Assembly (NCBI GenBank): GCA_030167145.1
Contig: CP126532.1
Span: 3,060,001 to 3,092,000 of the forward strand
Length of the DNA stretch: 32,000 bases
Reading direction: 5' to 3'
From: Ktedonobacterales bacterium
Lineage (GTDB): Bacteria; Chloroflexota; Ktedonobacteria; Ktedonobacterales; JADMIN01
Under the pieces are notes generated by a model. That model was not told the origin of the DNA. It made no database searches and saw only the letters and a list, made by a program, of their open reading frames with translations. Shown one piece after another: positions 1 to 8,165 of this stretch (position 1 is the stretch's first letter; every line of letters begins with the position of its first letter). A program made the position numbers and the translations under genes.

Positions 1-650
1 CGCCCTGTATCACGAGTTATGGCATCCATTATTATGGCGTAACGTCCTGGTGTGGAACGAATCAGGGAGCATTGGCGGAAATTGAAACAGTCCACCTTTA
101 CTCCTCATATGGTAACCATATCTCAAATGAGCTGTGGGATATAGACACTACCCACGATTGCTCGGGCTATGGTATTAGCTGGATGGAGTCCGGAGAAGCC
201 GTAGAGTACCAGCAAACGGGGAATTGGTACTTTTATGCGCTATGCCCTCCTGGCGGCAGCTTTACTTCCAACTTCTTGCAGCAACCTCCCAGCAGTGAGG
301 TGTACCAATTTCCCACATATGTCATCGCGCACAGTGGCTACCAGCAGTACACCATCACTGAGGATCATCCAAATGGCAGTACAAACTGGAGTTACACGTT
401 CGGTGGCATGGGGTCGTTCACACCGTCGGAAATCGAGATCGGCTTGGAGACGACCGCGAACGACTATAACGACGCCCACTCCGACACTGCGTACTTTGAA
501 TACAATGAATACTACTCGACGAACGGCAACTGGTATTTTCAACCGGTTACGGGAGTAATATTTGACAACAAGCCGCCCTATTTCGCTTGGTACCAGGCTC
601 CCAACGGGTCGGGGAATCATGGCGGAACCGCATACACAACGTGTTGTTAA
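1..650 (+). CDS. Hypothetical protein, probably 5'-truncated by the window edge (Tyr/Asn/Trp-rich, ends ...TAYTTCC)
   Basis: ORF track gives 72..650 with a TTG start. The same frame stays open from nt 3 (PCITSYGIHYYGVTSWCGTNQGA...), so the gene may begin left of the window. No family recognised. Spot G+C is about 45-50%, versus about 70% in the core. Confidence 0.5.
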   Translation, partial: PCITSYGIHYYGVTSWCGTNQGALAEIETVHLYSSYGNHISNELWDIDTTHDCSGYGISWMESGEAVEYQQTGNWYFYALCPPGGSFTSNFLQQPPSSEVYQFPTYVIAHSGYQQYTITEDHPNGSTNWSYTFGGMGSFTPSEIEIGLETTANDYNDAHSDTAYFEYNEYYSTNGNWYFQPVTGVIFDNKPPYFAWYQAPNGSGNHGGTAYTTCC

Positions 651-712
651 CAACAATCTGGCTTCAGCAGCCAGGACCCCCACAAATTGACGACGAGAAG
701 GAGAAGATCCGC

Positions 713-1291
713 ATGCGTCTACTACCATCAATGCGACAAGCGACGCACCCACAGGGAGAACGCTCTAAGTTGCCGCTGCGAGCTTTGTTTGGGGGATGCA
801 TCGCCATTGCTGCAACGCTGCTGCTTGGCTATGCGGTCGCCCAGGCGAATGGCTCGCCATCATCGCGGAATGCGAATGTAGCACCCAATCCACTCGCTGC
901 CCAGCATGGTAAGCCGGATCATCAGACGCCGCAGGGGATGCCAGCCATCCATGTACAAGCTGCCCTTGTCACCTCCACCGGCCCGCACTTCACGGAGGCT
1001 GATGTGGTCCAATACATCGCCACGACTCCCATCCCGTATGCTGTGCGTAGCGCACCGGCTCCCCAGGTGGTGAGCGTCCAATTCCTGACGATGCAGCAGT
1101 TGAGCGGGCAATTACCACAATACAATCCCGCATCTACCGGGATTTCCGCAAATACATTGCTTTGTTTAGTTAGGGTATCGGGCACGTTCAGCGCCGATCC
1201 GCCTCTCGGCGCAAAGGCCGCCTATGCCTACGGCGCGTACCTCCTCTTCGATGCCCATACCGGCAATTTGCTGAGCATCACATTCAAGTGA
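713..1291 (+). CDS. Hypothetical membrane-anchored/secreted protein
   Basis: ATG at 713 is preceded by GAGAAGGAGAAG. A basic N-terminus is followed by a hydrophobic helix (LFGGCIAIAATLLLGYAVAQA). The C-terminal ending ...YLLFDAHTGNLLSITFK is weakly PepSY-like. The 587 start in the ORF track overlaps gene 1 and lacks an SD. Confidence 0.55.
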   Translation: MRLLPSMRQATHPQGERSKLPLRALFGGCIAIAATLLLGYAVAQANGSPSSRNANVAPNPLAAQHGKPDHQTPQGMPAIHVQAALVTSTGPHFTEADVVQYIATTPIPYAVRSAPAPQVVSVQFLTMQQLSGQLPQYNPASTGISANTLLCLVRVSGTFSADPPLGAKAAYAYGAYLLFDAHTGNLLSITFK

Positions 1292-1615
1292 TGTTCGTTC
1301 CATCAGGGAATCTGTTGGTTCCTTGATGCGCCGAGACCAGTGAGATGAAGATGCCCAAGTCGAGCTTTGCTCTGTTCGGGCATCTTCGCTGCCTACACCC
1401 ATATCCGCTCTACTCTGCTGGCTTGCGCCATTCCCCACGTAACACCATAGCCAATTCCGCGCGTCACAGCCACATCGCACCCGCACGTGTGAGCGCACCG
1501 TGAGCGTGCGCGGCACATCTGTGACACGGACGGGACGATCATGGCCTACATTCTTGAGCGAACGGATTGACTCATAACGCCAGCGGACCGCCGCTGTAGA
1601 GATAGGGGGGATCCT

Positions 1616-1894
1616 ATGATGTGGGGCTATTACAATCCTGGAGGGATGTGGCTGTGGATGACCATCTCTGCGCTGGTCGGTTTGGCGGTGATCGTCGCCA
1701 TCGTCGCGTGGGCGCTCGCCCGCTCACGGCGCGCGTCCGATAGCGATGCCACTTCCGCCACGCCATCCGCGCGCGAGATTCTCGATCAGCGGTACGCGCG
1801 TGGCGAACTGGACGACGCCACGTATCAGCGCATGCGCGAAGCACTAGACGCCCCCGCCAGTGAGCATGCGCGGCTGCCGGTGCGCGCCCCCTAG
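1616..1894 (+). CDS. SHOCT-domain membrane protein
   Basis: ATGATG start follows GGGGGGA. One TM helix (MWLWMTISALVGLAVIVAIVAWAL) is followed by AREILDQRYARGELDDATYQRMREAL, which is typical of the short C-terminal SHOCT domain. Confidence 0.7.
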   Translation: MMWGYYNPGGMWLWMTISALVGLAVIVAIVAWALARSRRASDSDATSATPSAREILDQRYARGELDDATYQRMREALDAPASEHARLPVRAP

Positions 1895-1933
1895 CGGGGA
1901 TACTGGCCCACAAGGGAAAGGAGGCGCGTGCCG

Positions 1934-2521
1934 ATGACCACCTGTTCTGCGCTCCAATCGGAAGGAGCCGCCACATCGGCGGAGCGGCGGCGCATGGAAG
2001 CGCCGCTGATGCTGGTCGGTGGCAGGGTGATAGAGGTGCGCGCCATTCGCCCGGATGATAGCGAGAGGCTGCGCGCCCTCTTCAGACGCCTCTCCCCCGA
2101 AACCGTGATCTTTCGCTTCTTCCGCTTCCTACCCGATCTCCCCGAAGCCGATGCTCTCGCCTTCGCGCACGTGGATTATGAGAACACCATGGCGCTGGTC
2201 GCCACCACCGGCGCGGGCGCGGATGAACAGATACGCGCCGTCGTCCGCTACGCGCGCACCGACCTGGAAACCGCCGAGGTCGCCTTCGTCGTCGAGGATC
2301 CCTGGCAGGGGCATGGCATCGCCACGGCACTGCTCCACCGTCTCGCCGCTTATGCTCGCGCGCGGCGCTTCGCCACCTTTACCGCGCTGACGATGGGCGA
2401 CAACACACGCATGCTCGATGTCCTGCTCCACGCGCGCTTCCCCTACACGCTGACCTATATGAACGGCGAGATCGAAGCCCATCTCGACATTTCCGCGCCA
2501 GAGCAAGTTCGTCCACGCTAA
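1934..2521 (+). CDS. GNAT family N-acetyltransferase (resembles the GNAT module of Pat-type protein acetyltransferases)
   Basis: IRPDDSERLRALF..., VVEDPWQGHGIATALLHRLAAYA (acetyl-CoA-binding Q/RxxGxG/A motif). GGAGG lies at 1920-1924, 9 nt before ATG 1934. The GTG at 1928 in the ORF track is too close to the SD. Confidence 0.8.
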   Translation: MTTCSALQSEGAATSAERRRMEAPLMLVGGRVIEVRAIRPDDSERLRALFRRLSPETVIFRFFRFLPDLPEADALAFAHVDYENTMALVATTGAGADEQIRAVVRYARTDLETAEVAFVVEDPWQGHGIATALLHRLAAYARARRFATFTALTMGDNTRMLDVLLHARFPYTLTYMNGEIEAHLDISAPEQVRPR

Positions 2522-2551
2522 GCGGGGCAACGGCACGATTTCTATGATACG

Positions 2552-2571
2552 ATGAGCGCATATGAGCGCAT
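2552..2571. repeat. Perfect tandem direct repeat, 2 x ATGAGCGCAT; candidate operator of the TA-like operon
   Basis: ATGAGCGCAT occurs at 2552-2561 and again at 2562-2571. It sits just downstream of a TATGAT -10-like hexamer (2543-2548) and 23 nt upstream of the DUF433 start. Confidence 0.6.
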
Positions 2572-2593
2572 GGACACGAAACGAGGGTGGCGA

Positions 2594-2875
2594 ATGATGC
2601 GCATGACCGAGCACTGCTACGTGGCGACCGACGACCAGATACTGAGCGGCGAGCCAGTCATCGCTGGTACACGCACACCCGTGCGCGCCATCGTCGAACT
2701 ATGGCGTCAGGGCATGGCGCCAGAGACGATTCCCAGCCACCTACCGCACCTGACACTCGCGCAGGTATTCGATGCGCTCAGCTACTTCAGCGATCATCAG
2801 GACGAGATCCAGCAATACATCACACGCAACCGTATTCCAGACGAACTGATAGACCCTTTGGTGAGCGGACGATAA
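2594..2875 (+). CDS. DUF433 domain protein (antitoxin-like partner)
   Basis: ILSGEPVIAGTRTPVRAIVELWRQGMAPETI...LTLAQVFDALSYF is the DUF433 signature. GAGG at 2583-2586 lies 7 nt before ATG 2594. Alternative starts are 2552 and 2603. Confidence 0.8.
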   Translation: MMRMTEHCYVATDDQILSGEPVIAGTRTPVRAIVELWRQGMAPETIPSHLPHLTLAQVFDALSYFSDHQDEIQQYITRNRIPDELIDPLVSGR

Positions 2876-3219
2876 TGGGTCTCTTCATCGAACTGTATCT
2901 GGATGAGGATGTAGATGTGCTGGTGGCAGAATTATTGAAAGCGCGTGGCTTCGCTGTAGTCACCACGCGAGAAGCTGGCCAATTAGGCCAATCTGATGTG
3001 TCGCAACTAGCGTATGCCGTGGCAAACTCCAACACACTGCTGACCCATAATCGCGCGGATTTTGAGGCGCTGGCACGGAGCTATTTTGAGCGAGGGCAAG
3101 AACACGCAGGGATTATCATCGCTGTGCGCCATTCACCACACGAGATCGCAAGACGATTGCTGCTCATTCTGAATGCTGTCACTGCGGATGAGATGCGCAA
3201 CATCGTGCGATATATCTGA
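2875..3219 (+). CDS. DUF5615 (PIN/Mut7-C-like) protein (toxin-like partner)
   Basis: MGLFIELYLDEDVDVLVAELLKARGF...LLTHNRADFEAL. The ATG overlaps the DUF433 stop in TAATG (1-nt overlap). The longer 2587 ORF in the track is the out-of-frame shadow of the DUF433 gene. Confidence 0.8.
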   Translation: MGLFIELYLDEDVDVLVAELLKARGFAVVTTREAGQLGQSDVSQLAYAVANSNTLLTHNRADFEALARSYFERGQEHAGIIIAVRHSPHEIARRLLLILNAVTADEMRNIVRYI

Positions 3220-3221
3220 AC

Positions 3222-3263
3222 ACTGATGCGCGCTCCCCGCCGCAACGAGAAGCGCGTATCAGT
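3222..3263. terminator. 13-bp inverted repeat between convergent genes (possible bidirectional terminator)
   Basis: ACTGATGCGCGCT (3222-3234) pairs with AGCGCGTATCAGT (3251-3263) with one G-U pair and a 16-nt loop. There is no clear U-tract on either side. Confidence 0.35.
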
Positions 3264-3296
3264 ATATGTCTGTATGCCGTTCCTAACTAGCGTGCG

Positions 3297-4979
3297 CTAG
3301 TTTGCCGCCACCTGGATCACCCGCGTGCCCCAATTGCGCAAGCCATTCTTCGTCTGGCTGGCCTTCGGCGGAATATACTCCGTCGCCATCCAGAAGCTGC
3401 CGCCCGACGGATCGAGCGTCGCCCACGAATAGTCGCCCCAGCGGCCCGCGTCTGGGTCATACGGACCCGTCCCGCTGGCGGCAATCTGGATCACCCCGAA
3501 CGACGATTGACGCGCTCCCATCACGGTGTAGGCCGCGCTGGCGAACGAGTTCGCCCCAGAGAACGTCAGCACCATCGCCGCCACGCCGCCGTGGCTCACC
3601 TGAATCGCCGGATACAGCAGATAGTTGCCCATCGCCGCCACATAGCCTTGCCCCACCAGATTCGCGCTCCCGATCACGTTGCCTTGCAGCTTCGGCACGA
3701 CCCTGAACCATGCCGCGCCCGACCGCGCCGCCGTGTCGTTGGGGATCGTCACCGCCGTGTCCAGCGCCCCCCACAGCGTCCCATCAATGAACTGCACCTG
3801 CTGCATGCGGTCATCGCCGGTATTCAGCAGGCTCGTCGAACCCTGCTGCTCCGCGTTCGGCGGCACGCCATACGGCTCCGAAGTGATGACCACGCTGGTC
3901 AGCGTGGGGATGCCGCCCTGCGATACCACCTGCCGGTTGGTCATCGCCCAGACACCCAGCCGGTTATCGAACGTGCCGAACGGGTCCAGCGAGTTCAAGA
4001 AGTATTCCGCCGCTGGTGAGCCATTGGTGATCGCGGGCTGCACCGAGGCCGCCACCGCGCCGCCGATGCTCAAATTATCGAAATGCACGAAATGCACATG
4101 CTGCGCCAGCGCCACCAACTCGGCCTTCGGCAGCGCGTAGATCTGCGCGCCGTTGAACTCCGGCCCCAGAATCGAGAACTCGTTGGTGCTGATATACAGG
4201 TTCACTGCGTCAATGCCCAGCAGCGGCTGATCGCCCAGGCACGGGCAGCCGGGATGGCTCGGCGTGCCGTTGCTGCCGTCGTCGGTCGCATCGAGATGGT
4301 AGACCGTCCACGGCGTCGTCGGGTCCCCAGAGGGATTCACCGCGATATCCGTGCGCGCCCGCGTGAACGGCGCATTGATGAACAGGATGATCGCGAACCA
4401 CGTATTCGTCGCTTTGTCGAAGTAGCAGCGCGGATCGCTGGTGAACTGCCGGAACCCTTCGTCGAAGAGTTTGTTCACATTAAATGGTCCCGCCACCACC
4501 GAGCCATCGGTGCGATAGATCGTATACGCCGAGTTCACCGGCTCCAGAACAAAGCCGTTGCCCACGCATAGCCCCTGGTCCGGCGGCTCGAACTCCGCGC
4601 CGAAGTTGGTCTTCGCGCTGTCGCGGCTGCCCACGCCGTCGAAGTTCGTCAGCAGCGCCCCCGCCCGCGCCGGACTCACCGCCGTGGACGCAGCGCTGGG
4701 GATATGCCCAGCCTCCCGCGCCAGCGCGGTCGCCTTGCTTGCTGTGCGCAGTGGCCGCGCGCCTCTGGCGAGTGACGCGCCAGCGGCATCGTTGGTCAGC
4801 GTGCGCGGGTCCACGCGCGCCACCGGCGTCAGCACGCCTTTGCTCGCACCAGCATGCGCCACCGCAGCCGCGCCATGCGCCAGCGCTGGCCCCGTGCTCG
4901 CCAGCAACGCAATCAAGAGGACGGCGCTCAGCGGGAGCGCGATACCAACAGAACGTCCACCACGTGTCTTCCCAAGCAT
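3297..4979 (-). CDS. Secreted hypothetical protein (560 aa)
   Basis: GGAGG lies 4 nt before ATG 4979. Signal peptide: MLGKTRGGRSVGIALPLSAVLLIALLASTGPALAHG. The long Gly/Thr/Asn-rich body looks beta-rich. No catalytic motif recognised. Confidence 0.75.
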   Translation of the reverse strand: MLGKTRGGRSVGIALPLSAVLLIALLASTGPALAHGAAAVAHAGASKGVLTPVARVDPRTLTNDAAGASLARGARPLRTASKATALAREAGHIPSAASTAVSPARAGALLTNFDGVGSRDSAKTNFGAEFEPPDQGLCVGNGFVLEPVNSAYTIYRTDGSVVAGPFNVNKLFDEGFRQFTSDPRCYFDKATNTWFAIILFINAPFTRARTDIAVNPSGDPTTPWTVYHLDATDDGSNGTPSHPGCPCLGDQPLLGIDAVNLYISTNEFSILGPEFNGAQIYALPKAELVALAQHVHFVHFDNLSIGGAVAASVQPAITNGSPAAEYFLNSLDPFGTFDNRLGVWAMTNRQVVSQGGIPTLTSVVITSEPYGVPPNAEQQGSTSLLNTGDDRMQQVQFIDGTLWGALDTAVTIPNDTAARSGAAWFRVVPKLQGNVIGSANLVGQGYVAAMGNYLLYPAIQVSHGGVAAMVLTFSGANSFASAAYTVMGARQSSFGVIQIAASGTGPYDPDAGRWGDYSWATLDPSGGSFWMATEYIPPKASQTKNGLRNWGTRVIQVAAN

Positions 4980-5462
4980 GGGAACCTCCCCATCCCGCCC
5001 GCTCGCGCGGGCATCTCCTCAACTCACGTTCCATCTCATGCGCTAGTGGGCGCCAGGAGAGCGCCCATCGCCACCACCCGTGGCCTGCCGCTAGGGCGCA
5101 CATGCCGCACACCCGCCCGGCCGCCACATATCCCGATTTCATGCCACACAACAACATCATCCACACATATCATCACTACGTACTACGGGTACATTGCCAC
5201 CACCGCCACACCTTCCAGCCGCACGCGCCCACCACCCTTGCCAACCACACCGCCGCTGGCGCTGCCGCCCGCGACCATAGCGACCACGCAACACAAAGCG
5301 TGCCAGTTTGCTCACTTTGCCAACGAATTTCCTACAAACTTGCGCCCAATCGTCCACTCTCACCCTCGCCACCCACCTGATACACCAATCCGGCCATACG
5401 CTTTCCGCTTTTTTCGTGTTGCGCCGTATCTCCTATCACGTTGGGATAAATAGAGGGCCTCC

Positions 5463-8165
5463 ATGCCGGAACCTCTAGCAGACACGCGGAATGTCGCCGT
5501 GAAGAAGAAAGAATGCGCCATCATGTCACTCGTGCCACTCGACGCCTATTTCGCCACACATGGCTGGGAAGCCGTCAGCACGCAAGCGTTGCCCCCCCGC
5601 GAGCCGCGGCTCTTCGGCGTGGATGACCTGCCGCTCTCGCCCGCCGCCAGGCGCTTTCTCAGCGGCGCGGTTCCCGGCCTCTACCAGCATCAGCAGCGCG
5701 CCATCGCCTGCGCGCTCGCTGGCGAGCATGTCTGCCTCACCACCAGCACCGCCTCTGGCAAGAGCCTGGCCTTCTACGTCGCCGGTATCGAACGCCTGGC
5801 AGCCGACCGCAACGCGCGTATCCTCGCCATCTATCCGCTCAAGGCGCTGGGCCGCGAGCAGGAAGAACGCTGGCGCATGGCCCTCCGTGCCGCTGGATTG
5901 CCAGTGACCGTCGCACGCATTGACGGCCAGGTACCCACCAGCGAGCGCCTGGCGCTGCTGCGCGAGGCCCGCGTGCTCATCGCCACCCCCGATATCCTGC
6001 ACGCCTGGCTGCTCGCCAACCTCAACGAAAAATCAGTGCGCGCCTTCCTCCAGCAGCTCGCGCTGCTCATCGTAGACGAAGCGCACAACTATACCGGCGT
6101 CTTCGGCTCCAATGCCTGTTTCCTCTTTCGCCGCTTTCGCCACGCCCTCGCGCTGCTCGGTGCGGACCCGCGCTATATCTGCGCCTCCGCCACTATCGCC
6201 GATCCCGCTGAGCACCTGCGCAAGTTGTTCGGCCTTCACTTCACGCTCATCGGCCCCGACCTCGATACCTCACCCAAGCACCCCATCAGCATCCATCTGG
6301 TCAACCCACCCACCGAGACCGATCTGCTCACCAGCGTCACCATGCTCCTCCAGCATCTGGCCAGCGGCGCCGCATCGCGCTTTATCACCTTCGTAGATAG
6401 CCGCAAGCAGGTAGAACTTATCTCATCCATTCTGGCGCGCCCCCAGGACAAGACGCCCGATGACGACGGCGATGGCGACCCCGAAGCCTCCACTGCTCGC
6501 TGGGACGACCTGCAACGCCTCAACGTGCTGCCCTTCCGCGCCGGCTACGAGACTCGCGACCGCGACGCCATTCAAGACCGCCTCACCTCCGGCACATTGC
6601 GCGGCATCGTCAGCACCAGCGCACTCGAACTCGGCATGGACATCCCCGCACTGGAGATGGCCGTGCTGCTGGGCGTGCCCGATTCCGCCACCAGCCTCTT
6701 TCAGCGCATGGGCCGCATCGGACGCCACGGCCCCGGCACGGTGGTCATCATCAACAGCGGCGATGTCCTCGACGCCTCCGTCTTCGCCAACCCCCAAAAC
6801 CTACTCACCCGTCCCCTCGCCGAAGGCGCGCTATATCTGGAGAACGCCCGCATCCAGTACATTCACGCGCTCTGCCTCGCCCGCCAGGGTGGCGAGCACG
6901 ATACCATCCACACGGCGCTGCGCAAGACCACTGACAGCGATTTTGCCAGCGCCATCCACTGGCCAGACGGCTTTCTCGAACTCTGTGAGCAGGAGCGGCT
7001 CGGCACAATCCCCGTTGATCTGCAACCGATGAAAGCCGAATCCGGCGACGACCCCAACCACACCTTTCCCCTGCGCGATGTCGAAAGCTCATTCAAAGTG
7101 GAATTGAAGCAGGGGCCAGAGCATCGCGACCTCGGCTCGCTCTCCTATGGGCAGGTCATGCGCGAGGCCTACCCCGGCGCACTCTACTACTACATTACCC
7201 ACCCCTATCGCGTCACCAACATCTTCGTGAACACCAAGTCCGTTCTGGTGCGTCGCGACCGCCGCTACACTACCCGCCCGCAAGTCTTGCCGACGCAGGT
7301 CTTCCCCAACCTCAGCGCGAGCAGTGTCTATCGCGCCGTGCGCCACGGCGACCTGATCGCGGCGGAGTGCGGCGTGCAGGTGCGCGAGGCGGTGACCGGC
7401 TTCAAGGAGCGGCGCGGCCCCAATGAATTCCTCTCCTCCTATCCGCTCGACTTCATGAAAACCGGCCTGAACTTCAAGCTGCCGCGTTTCACCCGCAACT
7501 ATTTCACCAGCGGCGTAGTGCTCACGCATCCGGCGCTCAGCGCCGAGAACGTCAAAGGCGATAAACTCGCCTCCCTGCTCTACGAGGCATTTCTGATGCT
7601 CGTCCCCTTCGAGCGCCAAGACATCTCATCCACCGCCGACCGCCATCGCACCCGCCAGGGAGCCATCGCCGAGGGCAGCGCCTTTCTCGCCATCTTCGAC
7701 CAGACCTACGGCAGCCTGCGCCTCTCCGGTCGCCTCCTCGAAGGCCCAACCCTCCGCGATACCTGCGCCCGCGCCCTCGAACTCTGCGATCAGCAGCCAG
7801 ATGTCCTGCCCACCCCTGAGACCCTCGCGGCGATGCGCGCCCTGGCCGCCAGCGCCTGCGAGCCAGCCGTCGCGCTCTCCTTCGCCGCCGACACCACGGC
7901 CAACACACTGCCCGGCGACGGCGTGCGCGTGATTCTCCCTGGCAGCAAGGGACTCGACGTGAACCGGCACAACGAAGAGTTCATGGTCGAAGGCGTCTTC
8001 TTTCGCCCAGATATGGGCGGCCTCGCCTATAAGGGCCGTCGCGCCAGCAACCTGGATCCCGCCGCCAAGGATTACGTCGCCATCGCCGCGGTCGTCGAGA
8101 TCCCTGGCGAGAGCGCGATGGGCGTCTACAGCTACGAAACCGGCGAGATCGAGCCGGAGGAGTAG
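5463..8165 (+). CDS. Superfamily-2 DExH-box helicase (Lhr/SftH/YprA-like core) with an unassigned ~400-aa C-terminal region
   Basis: Motif I TSTASGKSLAF, motif II LIVDEAHNY, motif III CASAT, motif VI QRMGRIGRHG. AGAGGG lies 5 nt before ATG 5463. An alternative start is at 5523. Confidence 0.85.
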   Translation: MPEPLADTRNVAVKKKECAIMSLVPLDAYFATHGWEAVSTQALPPREPRLFGVDDLPLSPAARRFLSGAVPGLYQHQQRAIACALAGEHVCLTTSTASGKSLAFYVAGIERLAADRNARILAIYPLKALGREQEERWRMALRAAGLPVTVARIDGQVPTSERLALLREARVLIATPDILHAWLLANLNEKSVRAFLQQLALLIVDEAHNYTGVFGSNACFLFRRFRHALALLGADPRYICASATIADPAEHLRKLFGLHFTLIGPDLDTSPKHPISIHLVNPPTETDLLTSVTMLLQHLASGAASRFITFVDSRKQVELISSILARPQDKTPDDDGDGDPEASTARWDDLQRLNVLPFRAGYETRDRDAIQDRLTSGTLRGIVSTSALELGMDIPALEMAVLLGVPDSATSLFQRMGRIGRHGPGTVVIINSGDVLDASVFANPQNLLTRPLAEGALYLENARIQYIHALCLARQGGEHDTIHTALRKTTDSDFASAIHWPDGFLELCEQERLGTIPVDLQPMKAESGDDPNHTFPLRDVESSFKVELKQGPEHRDLGSLSYGQVMREAYPGALYYYITHPYRVTNIFVNTKSVLVRRDRRYTTRPQVLPTQVFPNLSASSVYRAVRHGDLIAAECGVQVREAVTGFKERRGPNEFLSSYPLDFMKTGLNFKLPRFTRNYFTSGVVLTHPALSAENVKGDKLASLLYEAFLMLVPFERQDISSTADRHRTRQGAIAEGSAFLAIFDQTYGSLRLSGRLLEGPTLRDTCARALELCDQQPDVLPTPETLAAMRALAASACEPAVALSFAADTTANTLPGDGVRVILPGSKGLDVNRHNEEFMVEGVFFRPDMGGLAYKGRRASNLDPAAKDYVAIAAVVEIPGESAMGVYSYETGEIEPEE

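Noticed and set aside
5157-5165. Isolated DnaA-box-like 9-mer TCATCCACA in the helicase upstream spacer
   Set aside because: It is a single one-mismatch box in a C/A-rich tract with no companions, which is consistent with chance.
3302-5453. Multiple Pro/Arg/Ser-rich + ORFs (e.g. 4484..5380, 4854..5453) over the secreted-protein gene and the 4980-5460 spacer
   Set aside because: They are antisense shadows that continue into a G-depleted spacer where stop codons are scarce. Three frames are open at once, which argues for composition rather than coding.
6900-8165. Calling the helicase C-terminal half a DUF1998/MrfA zinc domain or linking it to DISARM-type systems
   Set aside because: No CxxC...CxxC cluster is present in the region. 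No methylase, PLD or other partner genes are adjacent. I kept it as unassigned.
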